A stretch of 64,000 nucleotides of DNA. It comes from an uncultured virus (IMG/VR IMGVR_UViG_3300034062_004002). Taxonomy: Duplodnaviria; Heunggongvirae; Uroviricota; Caudoviricetes. The position numbers and the translations under genes were made by a program. This document shows, piece by piece, positions 48,599 through 56,246 of the stretch. A model generated the notes under the pieces. That model did not search any database. It was not told the DNA's origin and worked only from the letters and a program-made list of their open reading frames with translations. Where the stretch lies: IMG/VR virus record IMGVR_UViG_3300034062_004002; one strand, given 5' to 3'. How positions within the stretch are numbered: position 1 is the stretch's first letter; each line of letters begins with the position of its first letter.

Positions 48599-49628
48599 AA
48601 AGTTTTCTAAACTCAGGTTTTATTAATCCCCATATAATATGGTCATATGGTTTTTTATCCCACATTGCAAACATTACAGAACGTAACTTTGGTTTAATAT
48701 TGTTTAGAACCATAAATTCAGCAAATTCTTTTTTTGTTGGTTCAAGTTCTTTGTCTCCAAATTTACCATATCTAAAACCATCGTGACTTTTTCCACAATA
48801 TTCAGATATTTGGAAGAAACCATATTTTAAATCTTTAACATAAGATTTAATCTTATTATAAGATTCATCGGGAACATCTTTTAATAAATCCAATACATCT
48901 TCACCATTCTTCAAATACTCCCAAATACCAGTTGTGGTAACATTAGTCATTATTTTGTGAAGACGAAGATACTCAATACCTTTAACTTTGATTCTATCCC
49001 CATTGGAGAATTTAACCACAAACCCCTCTTGGTCGTTTTTAACCATTTCTTTTAGTTCTTTATAGTCTTTGATACCATCGTATTTTTTAACCACGTCAAA
49101 CCCGTATTCTCCCCACATTTCTATATCGTATTCTTTTCCTGCGGTATCAAAGGTTCCTAATAGGACTAACCCTTCATAATCACCATAATCTACTACTATT
49201 TGATTATTTTTATAAAGCACTTCAAAACAAAAAGTCAGATGTCTGAACATTATGTCAGTATTATATTTTTTTAAAAGTTCTTTCGCTTTGATTGATTGGT
49301 CAGAAGTAAATGACCCACGAGTGGCAACAACCCATTGACCTTCATACCAAAATACAATACCCAATGAGCCGTCCATTTTTTCCCATACCTCAAACTTTTC
49401 AGTTGGGGTGTGTTTACCCTCTTCAATGTTAAAGAATTTTTTAAAAGGACGAGCAATTATATTCCCTTCATTGTCGGTTACCAATCCACGACACATCAAT
49501 GTTATTTCGTCCCAAAGATTTTCATACTGAACTTTTTCGCTATAGTTCCATATGGTTAATGGAAGGGTTGGATGTATTTGTTTATACACCAACCCTTTCT
49601 CATGATACTCGTTTAATTTTTCTAACAT
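48597..49628 (-). CDS. rnlA: RNA ligase 1 (T4 Rnl1-like)
   Basis: CRGL, ARPFKKFFN, EKMDGSLG (motif I), ATRGSF, EGFVV, KVKG..Y. Confidence 0.9.
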   Translation of the reverse strand: MLEKLNEYHEKGLVYKQIHPTLPLTIWNYSEKVQYENLWDEITLMCRGLVTDNEGNIIARPFKKFFNIEEGKHTPTEKFEVWEKMDGSLGIVFWYEGQWVVATRGSFTSDQSIKAKELLKKYNTDIMFRHLTFCFEVLYKNNQIVVDYGDYEGLVLLGTFDTAGKEYDIEMWGEYGFDVVKKYDGIKDYKELKEMVKNDQEGFVVKFSNGDRIKVKGIEYLRLHKIMTNVTTTGIWEYLKNGEDVLDLLKDVPDESYNKIKSYVKDLKYGFFQISEYCGKSHDGFRYGKFGDKELEPTKKEFAEFMVLNNIKPKLRSVMFAMWDKKPYDHIIWGLIKPEFRKL

Positions 49629-49671
49629 ATTACAAAGATAAGTTTATTTTTCGGATTTCAAAATGTTTTAA

Positions 49672-50322
49672 TTACCCCACAATCCCCTTTATTTCATCCG
49701 TATGGTGGTCAAACAACATATCTGACATAATCTCACGCTTATCCATCATCCTGATAATATCGTCCATGTCATATACCCCAAACTTTGGATGACCGTCCAT
49801 ACCAACGTCCATTTTTTTACCCTCACCAAATCTTAGATTTGTCGGTAAATGACAGTGCCCGTGAAGTTGGATATGACCTTTATTTAAACCATCCCAACTT
49901 TGGATAGGGTAATGACATAAGACAAATGTTTTAAATTTATACATCAATTTTGTGTAGTGATTTACACTCGTAAATAATTCCTGAACATTGTCTCGGTTAT
50001 TCTCAATATGTGTATCGTGATTTCCTAATACAAGGTGAATCTCTTTACACAAAATTCTATCTCTAAACTTTTGGATGTTTTCAAATCCCCCAAAACTAAA
50101 ATCCCCAAGATGAATTAATACATCGTCTTGTCCAACAACACTATTAATGTTATTAACAATTGTTTCGTTCATCTGTTCTATTGTATTAAAATTTCTTGTT
50201 TGAGATATTGGGATACTACCATCAGGAAGACGCCATTCGGTTACTCCTCTACAAATATTTTTGTGCCCGTAGTGAGAATCTGAGACCACCCATACTTTTC
50301 TATCTTTCACTATTTTAATCAT
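49672..50322 (-). CDS. calcineurin-like metallophosphoesterase
   Basis: SDSHYGH, HLGDF, LGNHD, LCHYP, LHGHCH, DVGMD. Confidence 0.9.
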   Translation of the reverse strand: MIKIVKDRKVWVVSDSHYGHKNICRGVTEWRLPDGSIPISQTRNFNTIEQMNETIVNNINSVVGQDDVLIHLGDFSFGGFENIQKFRDRILCKEIHLVLGNHDTHIENNRDNVQELFTSVNHYTKLMYKFKTFVLCHYPIQSWDGLNKGHIQLHGHCHLPTNLRFGEGKKMDVGMDGHPKFGVYDMDDIIRMMDKREIMSDMLFDHHTDEIKGIVG

Positions 50323-50372
50323 AACACAAATATAAACTTTTTTTTCAAAACAAAAAATTTTTTTTAACTTAA

Positions 50373-51383
50373 TTAAATACCATAAGGTGTTTTACTAAAA
50401 ATAATATTTTCTTTTAATTCGGTATGGTTTGATATAAAGTTTTTAATGTTTTCCTGCATTTCATCTGAATTATCATAAGTATAAATCACATTATTATAGA
50501 TTAAGTTAAAAACCCCAACTTTTTCCAAAATATCAATTTTATTAAAAATCAAATTTGTGACTCCATTTATGTTAATTGATTTAATAATATCATCCACATT
50601 TAACCAATTAACCTGTCTCGGTCTTCCTGTCGTTGCACCAAATTCTCCACCCTCTTGTCTTATTTTCTCAAAATATTCTGATTTACCTTCAAAAGATTTT
50701 AACCCCACATATGTTCTATATGCTTTGGCAATACCATATACTTTTCTAATTTTTTGTGGTGGAACACCATTTAATACCGCAGAACCAACGGTACAATGTG
50801 AAGATGTGACATATGGATAATCTCCCCAATCAATATCCAATTCAAAACCTTGGGCTCCTTCAAAAAGAATCGATACTTCATTATTCCCATACAACTCATC
50901 GTAAATATCAATAACCATATTCCTATCATTTAAACGGGAATTGTTCTCGGCTCTAACTCCAACTCTATAATATTTATCACGATAAGAAGGACCATTTCCG
51001 GTTTTTGTTGTTCCAATTTCAGTGTCTTTGGAATCTTCCTCAATATGACTCTTGGTGATAATGTGAACTCGTTTATCAACAAATAAATTACCGTCTACTT
51101 TAATCCCATTAGATTCCAGTTCGTTAATTTCCTCAAATAGTTTATCAATATTTACAACACACCCGGGACCTATAATTGATTTTATACCGTAAAGCACCCC
51201 ACAAGGGATAAGATGGGTTACAAATTTTTTATCATTATGATATATTGTGTGTCCGGCATTACCACCACCATTATACCTAATTACTGTTGTATAATCACCT
51301 GTTTTACATAAGGAATGTGTGACTTTACCTTTACCTGTGTCTCCCGCTTGTAGGTCAACAACAACATCTGCGAATTTAATCAT
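50373..51383 (-). CDS. purA: adenylosuccinate synthetase (short form)
   Basis: GDTGKGK, GGGNAGHT, IGTTKTGNGPSY, FEGAQG, DWGDYPYVTSS, EFGATTGRPR, NKID. Confidence 0.92.
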   Translation of the reverse strand: MIKFADVVVDLQAGDTGKGKVTHSLCKTGDYTTVIRYNGGGNAGHTIYHNDKKFVTHLIPCGVLYGIKSIIGPGCVVNIDKLFEEINELESNGIKVDGNLFVDKRVHIITKSHIEEDSKDTEIGTTKTGNGPSYRDKYYRVGVRAENNSRLNDRNMVIDIYDELYGNNEVSILFEGAQGFELDIDWGDYPYVTSSHCTVGSAVLNGVPPQKIRKVYGIAKAYRTYVGLKSFEGKSEYFEKIRQEGGEFGATTGRPRQVNWLNVDDIIKSININGVTNLIFNKIDILEKVGVFNLIYNNVIYTYDNSDEMQENIKNFISNHTELKENIIFSKTPYGI

Positions 51384-51394
51384 TATTTAATAAT

Positions 51395-51874
51395 TTAGTT
51401 ATATGTTAATTTAAAATCAAACCAAAATGGTTTTTCTCTGTTTTTCCATACCGCAAATCCTGACTTTGCCCCCATATAATAATTTCTATAGGATTCTACC
51501 ACGGATTTGACTTTATATTCATCCGGCATTGCCATCGCAGGTTCTGTAAAACCAATATCAGGAATGTTTGGTTTATTAATTAAACACCATTCAATAACAT
51601 CCTGAGATTTATGTCTTTTTCCGTATCGGTAAGTGTACTCCTTAGATAACTCCAACCCCAACTCACACAAGTACAAATAGTTTGATAATGACTTTCTCGC
51701 CCATATTGAACAGGGGTGATTTTTGTGGGATAACTTGTATGGTGCGGACCCTCCTGTAACATGGTGAGCCGAACATAAAAGTTGTGCGGTTTCCAATATC
51801 ATCTTAACAACGTGTTTGTCGCAATGGTATTCCGCACACTTTTTAACATCAAAATCTAAGAAGAAAATATTCAT
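51395..51874 (-). CDS. denV: pyrimidine-dimer DNA glycosylase (DenV family)
   Basis: MNIFFLD..HCDKHVVKMILETAQLL, HKNHPCSIW, EYTYRYGKRH, AMPDEYK, YRNYY. Confidence 0.8.
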   Translation of the reverse strand: MNIFFLDFDVKKCAEYHCDKHVVKMILETAQLLCSAHHVTGGSAPYKLSHKNHPCSIWARKSLSNYLYLCELGLELSKEYTYRYGKRHKSQDVIEWCLINKPNIPDIGFTEPAMAMPDEYKVKSVVESYRNYYMGAKSGFAVWKNREKPFWFDFKLTYN

Positions 51875-51876
51875 TT

Positions 51877-52284
51877 TTATACAGTATGTTCGATTTGTAC
51901 TCTGATACAATTTTGTGGTAAACAATTGATGTGGCGATAGTTATTGATGTAACCCATCATATTCGCGCTACCGATAGCGTTTGCTGAGTGTATTACTACA
52001 TCTACAACAGGTTCACCATCCATCCATTTTTCCACTAACCATTTAGTACAATCCATTCCTGTTTTTTCAGTAATGTTATCGTAATTCAATTCGTAGTTGT
52101 GGTAAACATTTTTATGCCATTCCGCCATCGCAGTATCACCTAAGTCATGGTCCAAAGAGATTACATCAATATTTTCGAATCCAACTTCAGTCACCAATTT
52201 AACGAAATCTTCATAGTTACGAACAACCAACCAACTTTTGTCTTTTGGACTTCTAACATCGTCCAAGTAAATTTTCTTTTTCAT
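51877..52284 (-). CDS. cyclic-phosphate-processing receiver-domain protein
   Basis: IYLDDVRSP, ISLDHDLG, TGMDCTKWL, HSANAIG. Confidence 0.8.
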   Translation of the reverse strand: MKKKIYLDDVRSPKDKSWLVVRNYEDFVKLVTEVGFENIDVISLDHDLGDTAMAEWHKNVYHNYELNYDNITEKTGMDCTKWLVEKWMDGEPVVDVVIHSANAIGSANMMGYINNYRHINCLPQNCIRVQIEHTV

Positions 52285-52313
52285 AACACAAATATACAAA
52301 TAATTTTTGAAAT

Positions 52314-52346
52314 AAAAAACCCCTCCGAATAGAAGGGGTTAAAAAA
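52314..52346 (-). terminator. intrinsic terminator of the candidate ncRNA
   Basis: Minus strand AACCCCTTC-tattc-GGAGGGGTT-TTTT. Confidence 0.8.
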
Positions 52347-52810
52347 GTCAGACACTCACACCGATAGGGTTCACATCGGAACTGACGTTAGGTTATATAG
52401 TATCCCTTAACTGCTATTATCCCTCCCGACTATCCCTTTTGAGTTAAAGAGCTTAGTAACCATCCATCGGGGGTTTCTACTTTCACACTCCGTCCATGTT
52501 TACTTATCTAATCGATGCGTCATAGAGTTTTCAACATAGCGTTCAGTGCTATCCTCAGAACATCTTCACCCTACCCCCAAAGTTACGTGGTGAGTCTCAC
52601 TCGGAAGAAGAGTGTATATTGTAAGATTGTTCAGTATTCTTACAACTTGTGGATTGTATTACGACTAATTAAAGCCCCTTACCCCCTTAACCCATAATGG
52701 GGAATCCTTACCTAACCTGTGTAGCCTCCCCCATAGCCTTGAAGCCTTCAAGTCAGGTTCACACGCCATAACAGTCGGATATCTCTGTTAATCGTGGGGT
52801 CTTATTTTGT
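52347..52810 (-). ncRNA. unclassified large structured RNA (~460 nt)
   Basis: Own promoter and terminator; G-rich; no sense ORF; stems TAACAG/CTGTTA, AACCTG/CAGGTT, TTGTAAGA/TCTTACAA, CACTC/GAGTG, TCACC/GGTGA, ATAGC/GCTAT, CCGAT/ATCGG, GTCAG/CTGAC. Confidence 0.7.
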
Positions 52811-52814
52811 TCTA

Positions 52815-52846
52815 CAAATGTAGTAATAGTTTTTCAAACTATCAAA
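52815..52846 (-). promoter_or_regulatory. Bacteroidota promoter
   Basis: TTTG (52843-46), 20 nt, TACATTTG (52815-22). Confidence 0.75.
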
Positions 52847-52850
52847 TATT

Positions 52851-52944
52851 ACCGTGAAATTGGTTAACCACATCGTGAAAGCCGCCCCTCACGCGTTGTT
52901 TAAAGGAATCCGATTGCGGCCTCATCCTATTAACTTATCACGGT
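52851..52944 (-). ncRNA. 94-nt bulged rod hairpin 3' of tRNA-Leu
   Basis: Nested stems ACCGTGA/TCACGGT, GTTAA/TTAAC, GCCGC/GCGGC. Confidence 0.45.
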
Positions 52945-52948
52945 TTTG

Positions 52949-53032
52949 TACCCTTGGAGAGATTCGAACTCTCAATGTCGTTATGACTCCTGAACCTAAA
53001 TCAGGCGGCTATACCAATTTGCCTACGAGGGT
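52949..53032 (-). tRNA. tRNA-Leu(TAG)
   Basis: ACCCTCG acceptor (one mismatch), CCTGA-TTTAGGT-TCAGG anticodon arm, long variable arm, GAGAG-TTCGAAT-CTCTC. Confidence 0.9.
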
Positions 53033-53037
53033 ATTTT

Positions 53038-53244
53038 TTATTGTTTCACATACATCATCATCTCACGCATTTTGAGAATCAGTAACTCCATTTCATCTTC
53101 ATTGAGATACATTCTTGGATTTCCTGTTTTATCATCCAATTCTTTTGTTTCTACAATGATACCGTCAAATGTTTCTGTTGGATAAACTTCTACATTCTGC
53201 TCTTCTGTTGATATTGTTATTTTACACCAAATTTTATTTTTCAT
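53038..53244 (-). CDS. hypothetical protein
   Basis: 68-aa ORF in a tightly packed run of genes. Confidence 0.65.
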   Translation of the reverse strand: MKNKIWCKITISTEEQNVEVYPTETFDGIIVETKELDDKTGNPRMYLNEDEMELLILKMREMMMYVKQ

Positions 53245-53245
53245 A

Positions 53246-53635
53246 TTATTTATTTTTAGCCATTTCTATTAATCTAATTAGACATTCAAGTTCTGCTTCT
53301 TCTGGAGAATGTAAATTAAAACTTTCATCCCAATTATTACTAAAGTCAGTAATCTCGTAGCACCATTTTTTGGTATCTTGTAATAAGGCAAGTGGATGAA
53401 TATAACTTATTAAACCATACTTCTCTCTAAACCATCTAAATGATTGAGAGAATGTTGGTGCATGACAAACATTATCTACCCATTTAAATTGTTCTTTTTC
53501 TGATTGAATTTGTATTAATTTAAACGGTATTTCTTTATTATCAGCAAAACTCACATAATAACCAAAACAAGGTTCATCAAAGCCTAATTCTTTAAGTGCT
53601 AATGCTTGTTCGTATGGTATAAATTCGTTTTTCAT
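53246..53635 (-). CDS. hypothetical protein, paralog of 53828..54298
   Basis: EFIPYEQALALKELGFDEPC...APTFSQSFRWFREKY...EEAELECL. Confidence 0.8.
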   Translation of the reverse strand: MKNEFIPYEQALALKELGFDEPCFGYYVSFADNKEIPFKLIQIQSEKEQFKWVDNVCHAPTFSQSFRWFREKYGLISYIHPLALLQDTKKWCYEITDFSNNWDESFNLHSPEEAELECLIRLIEMAKNK

Positions 53636-53655
53636 GTTATTTCTTTAAAAGTTTA

Positions 53656-53826
53656 TTAATTTTGATACTTGTTGTTTAATGAGGTAATAAATACTTTTAA
53701 AGTTTTGCCATCATCTTGATAAGACAATACCACTCTGCAATTGTAATTTGTGTATGCTCTGCCTTCCTCATCAATAACTTCAAATCTTGTTACTTTTGTA
53801 GTGTCGGCTTTATTTTCTTTTGTCAT
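53656..53826 (-). CDS. hypothetical protein
   Basis: KVTRFEVIDEEGRAY..LSYQDDGKTLKVFI; ATG 53826. Confidence 0.7.
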   Translation of the reverse strand: MTKENKADTTKVTRFEVIDEEGRAYTNYNCRVVLSYQDDGKTLKVFITSLNNKYQN

Positions 53827-53827
53827 G

Positions 53828-54298
53828 TTATTTGTTTTTACAGATTTCAATTAATTTAATTAAACAAGCGAGTTCTGCTTCTTCATAGGTTTCTGATGAT
53901 TTATGTTTAAAATCTTTTTCTACCAAACTATCATATGTTTCCATTGATTTATCTGATGCAATATCATCTTCATCACCTAATTCATCATCAGTAGGTAAAA
54001 CTAAACTAAAAATATCGTAGTCAAATTCCGACCCACCTTTGTACTTACTCCAACTTATTTCATGTACTAAACTATACTTCTCTCTAAAAAACTTAAAACA
54101 TTGGGAAAACGTTGGTGCAAGAACCTTTAAATTACTTGTTGTGGCTTCATTAATTCTGTTTAATGAGCTAATGTCCCAGTAATCAGATGTACATTTTTGC
54201 AAAACACCTTTGCTATCATATGCTTTAAAAGATGGTTCATCAAACCCTAACTCTTTAAGAGCTAATGCTTGGTTGTATGTGCAAAATTCTTTATTCAT
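53828..54298 (-). CDS. hypothetical protein, paralog of 53246..53635
   Basis: EFCTYNQALALKELGFDEPS...APTFSQCFKFFREKY...YEEAELACL. Confidence 0.8.
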   Translation of the reverse strand: MNKEFCTYNQALALKELGFDEPSFKAYDSKGVLQKCTSDYWDISSLNRINEATTSNLKVLAPTFSQCFKFFREKYSLVHEISWSKYKGGSEFDYDIFSLVLPTDDELGDEDDIASDKSMETYDSLVEKDFKHKSSETYEEAELACLIKLIEICKNK

Positions 54299-54316
54299 TT
54301 TTATATAATTTATTTG

Positions 54317-54404
54317 TGTTGGAGACAGGATTCGAACCTGTATTCAGGGACTTAAAGTAAATTCCCCCTCTAAGTTTGTATGGCAACCATTACGCCACTC
54401 CAAC
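54317..54404 (-). ncRNA. tRNA-like RNA with non-canonical anticodon domain
   Basis: Perfect GTTGGAG/CTCCAAC acceptor + A; D-arm with TAATGGT; ACAGG-TTCGAAT-CCTGT T-arm; ~40-nt middle without a 7-nt anticodon loop. Confidence 0.7.
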
Positions 54405-54441
54405 TATATTGCTCTTATTCTAATACCCTTTTATTTCGAGC

Positions 54442-54557
54442 TAACCTGCTTATCTATGAGAATGTATCCGATGATACTCCGCTCCTCTTTAGTAGAACGT
54501 CCACTTCTGAGTGTGGACCCTTTCTCAACAATACGAGTTTTTCAAGGGCACAGGTTA
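54442..54557 (-). ncRNA. candidate multi-way-junction RNA (~116 nt)
   Basis: TAACCTGT/GCAGGTTA closes CCCTT/AAGGG, TCCAC/GTGGA, CGTTCT/AGGAGCG and GTATC/GATAC. Confidence 0.45.
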
Positions 54558-54584
54558 TTAATTTCTATTTTTGTAGAACGTCCA

Positions 54585-54813
54585 CTAACATCGAAGTGTA
54601 TCATCATTATTCATTGGGAATATTGAATTTGGTTTGTGAATAGCATTTAATTCAGCTTGGTGTTTGTCATCACCCATACTTGGGTCAATTTCGTGTTTAA
54701 AATACCAAATTCAAATGGTTCTTAATCACTTGTGTTTGTTCTTTGGTTATTGTTTCAGCATTGCTTACTTCAAAAAAACCTTGTAGCCAAAAGGCAAAAT
54801 CTCTACTTTGCAT
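54585..54813 (-). pseudogene. small gene interrupted by a +1 frameshift (pseudogene, assembly error or recoded)
   Basis: MQSRDFAFWLQGFFE...NHLNLVF then TAA (54697-99); the +1 frame continues KHEIDPSMGDDKHQAELNAIH...TLRC*. Confidence 0.6.
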
Positions 54814-54814
54814 A

Positions 54815-55093
54815 TTATTTTAAATTAAAGGTTAACAATTTTTGAACTTCTATCATGTACTTGGTTACCTCTTCTTCAGAAAGGTGTCCTAATACATCGT
54901 TAGTTACAGGTGTTTTGTATGTGATATCCTCACCTGAATCTAATACGGCCAATTCATATAGACCCATTTTTCCACCATAAGAGAACGGTGTTTTAATTAC
55001 CGATACACCGTATCCGTTATCAAACATCATAACTGAATGGATACCATCCGCAGCACGATGAGGTCGGAATTTTAAATCTTCGAAAGTTTTCAT
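54815..55093 (-). CDS. hypothetical phage protein
   Basis: FDNGYGVSVI....SYGG..GLYELAVL....ITY.TPVTNDVLG. Confidence 0.8.
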   Translation of the reverse strand: MKTFEDLKFRPHRAADGIHSVMMFDNGYGVSVIKTPFSYGGKMGLYELAVLDSGEDITYKTPVTNDVLGHLSEEEVTKYMIEVQKLLTFNLK

Positions 55094-55095
55094 TT

Positions 55096-55683
55096 TTATT
55101 TTAATTTAAGTTTTAATTTACAGTTATTACAAAATTCACCATTACATGTCATTATGTTATGAGTTGCCATAATACATTTGTTATTAACACAATGGTCCAT
55201 TCCTAACGTATGACCAAATTCGTGAAGAACAGTTTTTCTCACATGATTACCAGTATTTGAGATAATAATGAATTTCCCATTTTTTTTTGCTGCCCCCGCT
55301 TTATATTTAGAACTAAGAGATTCGTTTGTAACATATACGGTCTTATTTTTTGGGTTAAGTGAAACCATACATTTATTTTCATCTAATCTATCAGTATTAG
55401 TGACATATAATTCAGAAGTAGTTTTAATTGGGTCAATAATTTCACACTTAAACCCAAAAACCTCCGTAATTTCTTTTGACGCAGTTTCTAAATCAGATTG
55501 GTTAAAATCGCCTAAACCTGAGATATAAATAACTTGGTCCTCAACTGAAATATCTGACTTAGGGATATCTCCACCATTTGTCATTTTTGAAAATATCTCA
55601 CTGTAATTTTTACAATGGTATTCTTCTTTCAACGCCACCATAACCCCAAAAGAAATAAAAAGAAATCCTAATATATTTTTCAT
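55096..55683 (-). CDS. archaemetzincin-like (M54) zinc metalloprotease with N-terminal signal/anchor
   Basis: HEFGHTLGMDHCVNNKCIM...FCNNC; start re-set to ATG 55683 behind the promoter. Confidence 0.8.
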   Translation of the reverse strand: MKNILGFLFISFGVMVALKEEYHCKNYSEIFSKMTNGGDIPKSDISVEDQVIYISGLGDFNQSDLETASKEITEVFGFKCEIIDPIKTTSELYVTNTDRLDENKCMVSLNPKNKTVYVTNESLSSKYKAGAAKKNGKFIIISNTGNHVRKTVLHEFGHTLGMDHCVNNKCIMATHNIMTCNGEFCNNCKLKLKLK

Positions 55684-55723
55684 AAAACAAAGATACAAAA
55701 AAAATTTAACCATCCAAGAAAAA

Positions 55724-55957
55724 TCAAATATTTTTTGTGTCTTCTTTCACATCTTTATTAAAAGTCGTTAAATCGTATTTCCACTCCTTCCAATAATCAA
55801 AATCTTTTAATCGTTCTAAAGTTTGTTCAGGTATTAAGATAAACCCTTCAGGGGCAATCCCATCATATTTGTGATAATGAGAATTTTTAATTTTATCCTT
55901 AATCATTTGACAAAATAGTTCGTCATTAACAAACTCATTATGTTCTTGTTTTCCCAT
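55724..55957 (-). CDS. hypothetical protein
   Basis: ATG 55957 preferred because the ORF-track start lies inside the tRNA remnant. Confidence 0.65.
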   Translation of the reverse strand: MGKQEHNEFVNDELFCQMIKDKIKNSHYHKYDGIAPEGFILIPEQTLERLKDFDYWKEWKYDLTTFNKDVKEDTKNI

Positions 55958-55971
55958 ATAAATTAAAATAG

Positions 55972-56006
55972 TAGTCCCGACAGGACTCAAACCTGTGACC
56001 TACGGA
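55972..56006 (-). pseudogene. 3' half of a tRNA gene (remnant)
   Basis: TCCGT AGGTC ACAGG-TTTGAGT-CCTGT CGGGACT A; no matching 5' half upstream. Confidence 0.6.
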
Positions 56007-56015
56007 ACTGTTTGA

Positions 56016-56192
56016 CTAAATTTTCTTAACCTCGTATTTGTAACCCGAATCAGAGTTTTGTTCAAATAGTACTCTCATAGATTCCGCTTCCTCAAGAGTG
56101 TCAAACTCCCAAATTTCCGAATCACCATTAATTAAAATTACAGGAACGTTAATACCTGATTTATTTTTTACGTGTTTAATAATAACAAACAT
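56016..56192 (-). CDS. hypothetical protein (58 aa)
   Basis: MFVIIKHVKNKSGINVPVILING..EIWEFDTLEEAE..NSDSGYKYEVKKI*; not in the ORF track. Confidence 0.65.
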   Translation of the reverse strand: MFVIIKHVKNKSGINVPVILINGDSEIWEFDTLEEAESMRVLFEQNSDSGYKYEVKKI

Positions 56193-56246
56193 ATCTTTTA
56201 TTTTTTGTAAATGTAAGAATATTTTTTTAAAAAATCAAAGTTAATC

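Noticed and set aside
50373..51383. PurZ (2-aminoadenine Z-genome) synthetase
   Set aside because: It keeps the PurA catalytic Asp (GDTGKG; PurZ has Ser) and the TTGRxR loop, and no dATPase or MazZ-like gene is nearby
52851..52944. Theta (HDV-like) or hammerhead ribozyme behind the tRNA
   Set aside because: I could not build the nested double pseudoknot, and there is no CUGAUGA...GAAA core on one strand
52949..53032. Amber suppressor tRNA or alternative genetic code
   Set aside because: Anticodon TAG reads Leu CUA; genes are intact in the standard code and TAA, TAG and TGA all end ORFs
52515..53075. Plus-strand ORFs 52515..52697 and 52854..53075
   Set aside because: Antisense to the candidate ncRNA and to tRNA-Leu
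54350..54356. CT-TTA-AG as an ochre-suppressor anticodon loop in the tRNA mimic
   Set aside because: The flanking bases do not form a 5-bp stem around this 7-mer
54430..54646. Minus-strand frame readable through two TGA codons (Sec or Trp recoding)
   Set aside because: TGA is a normal stop elsewhere; the region is better explained by the frameshifted gene end plus a structured RNA
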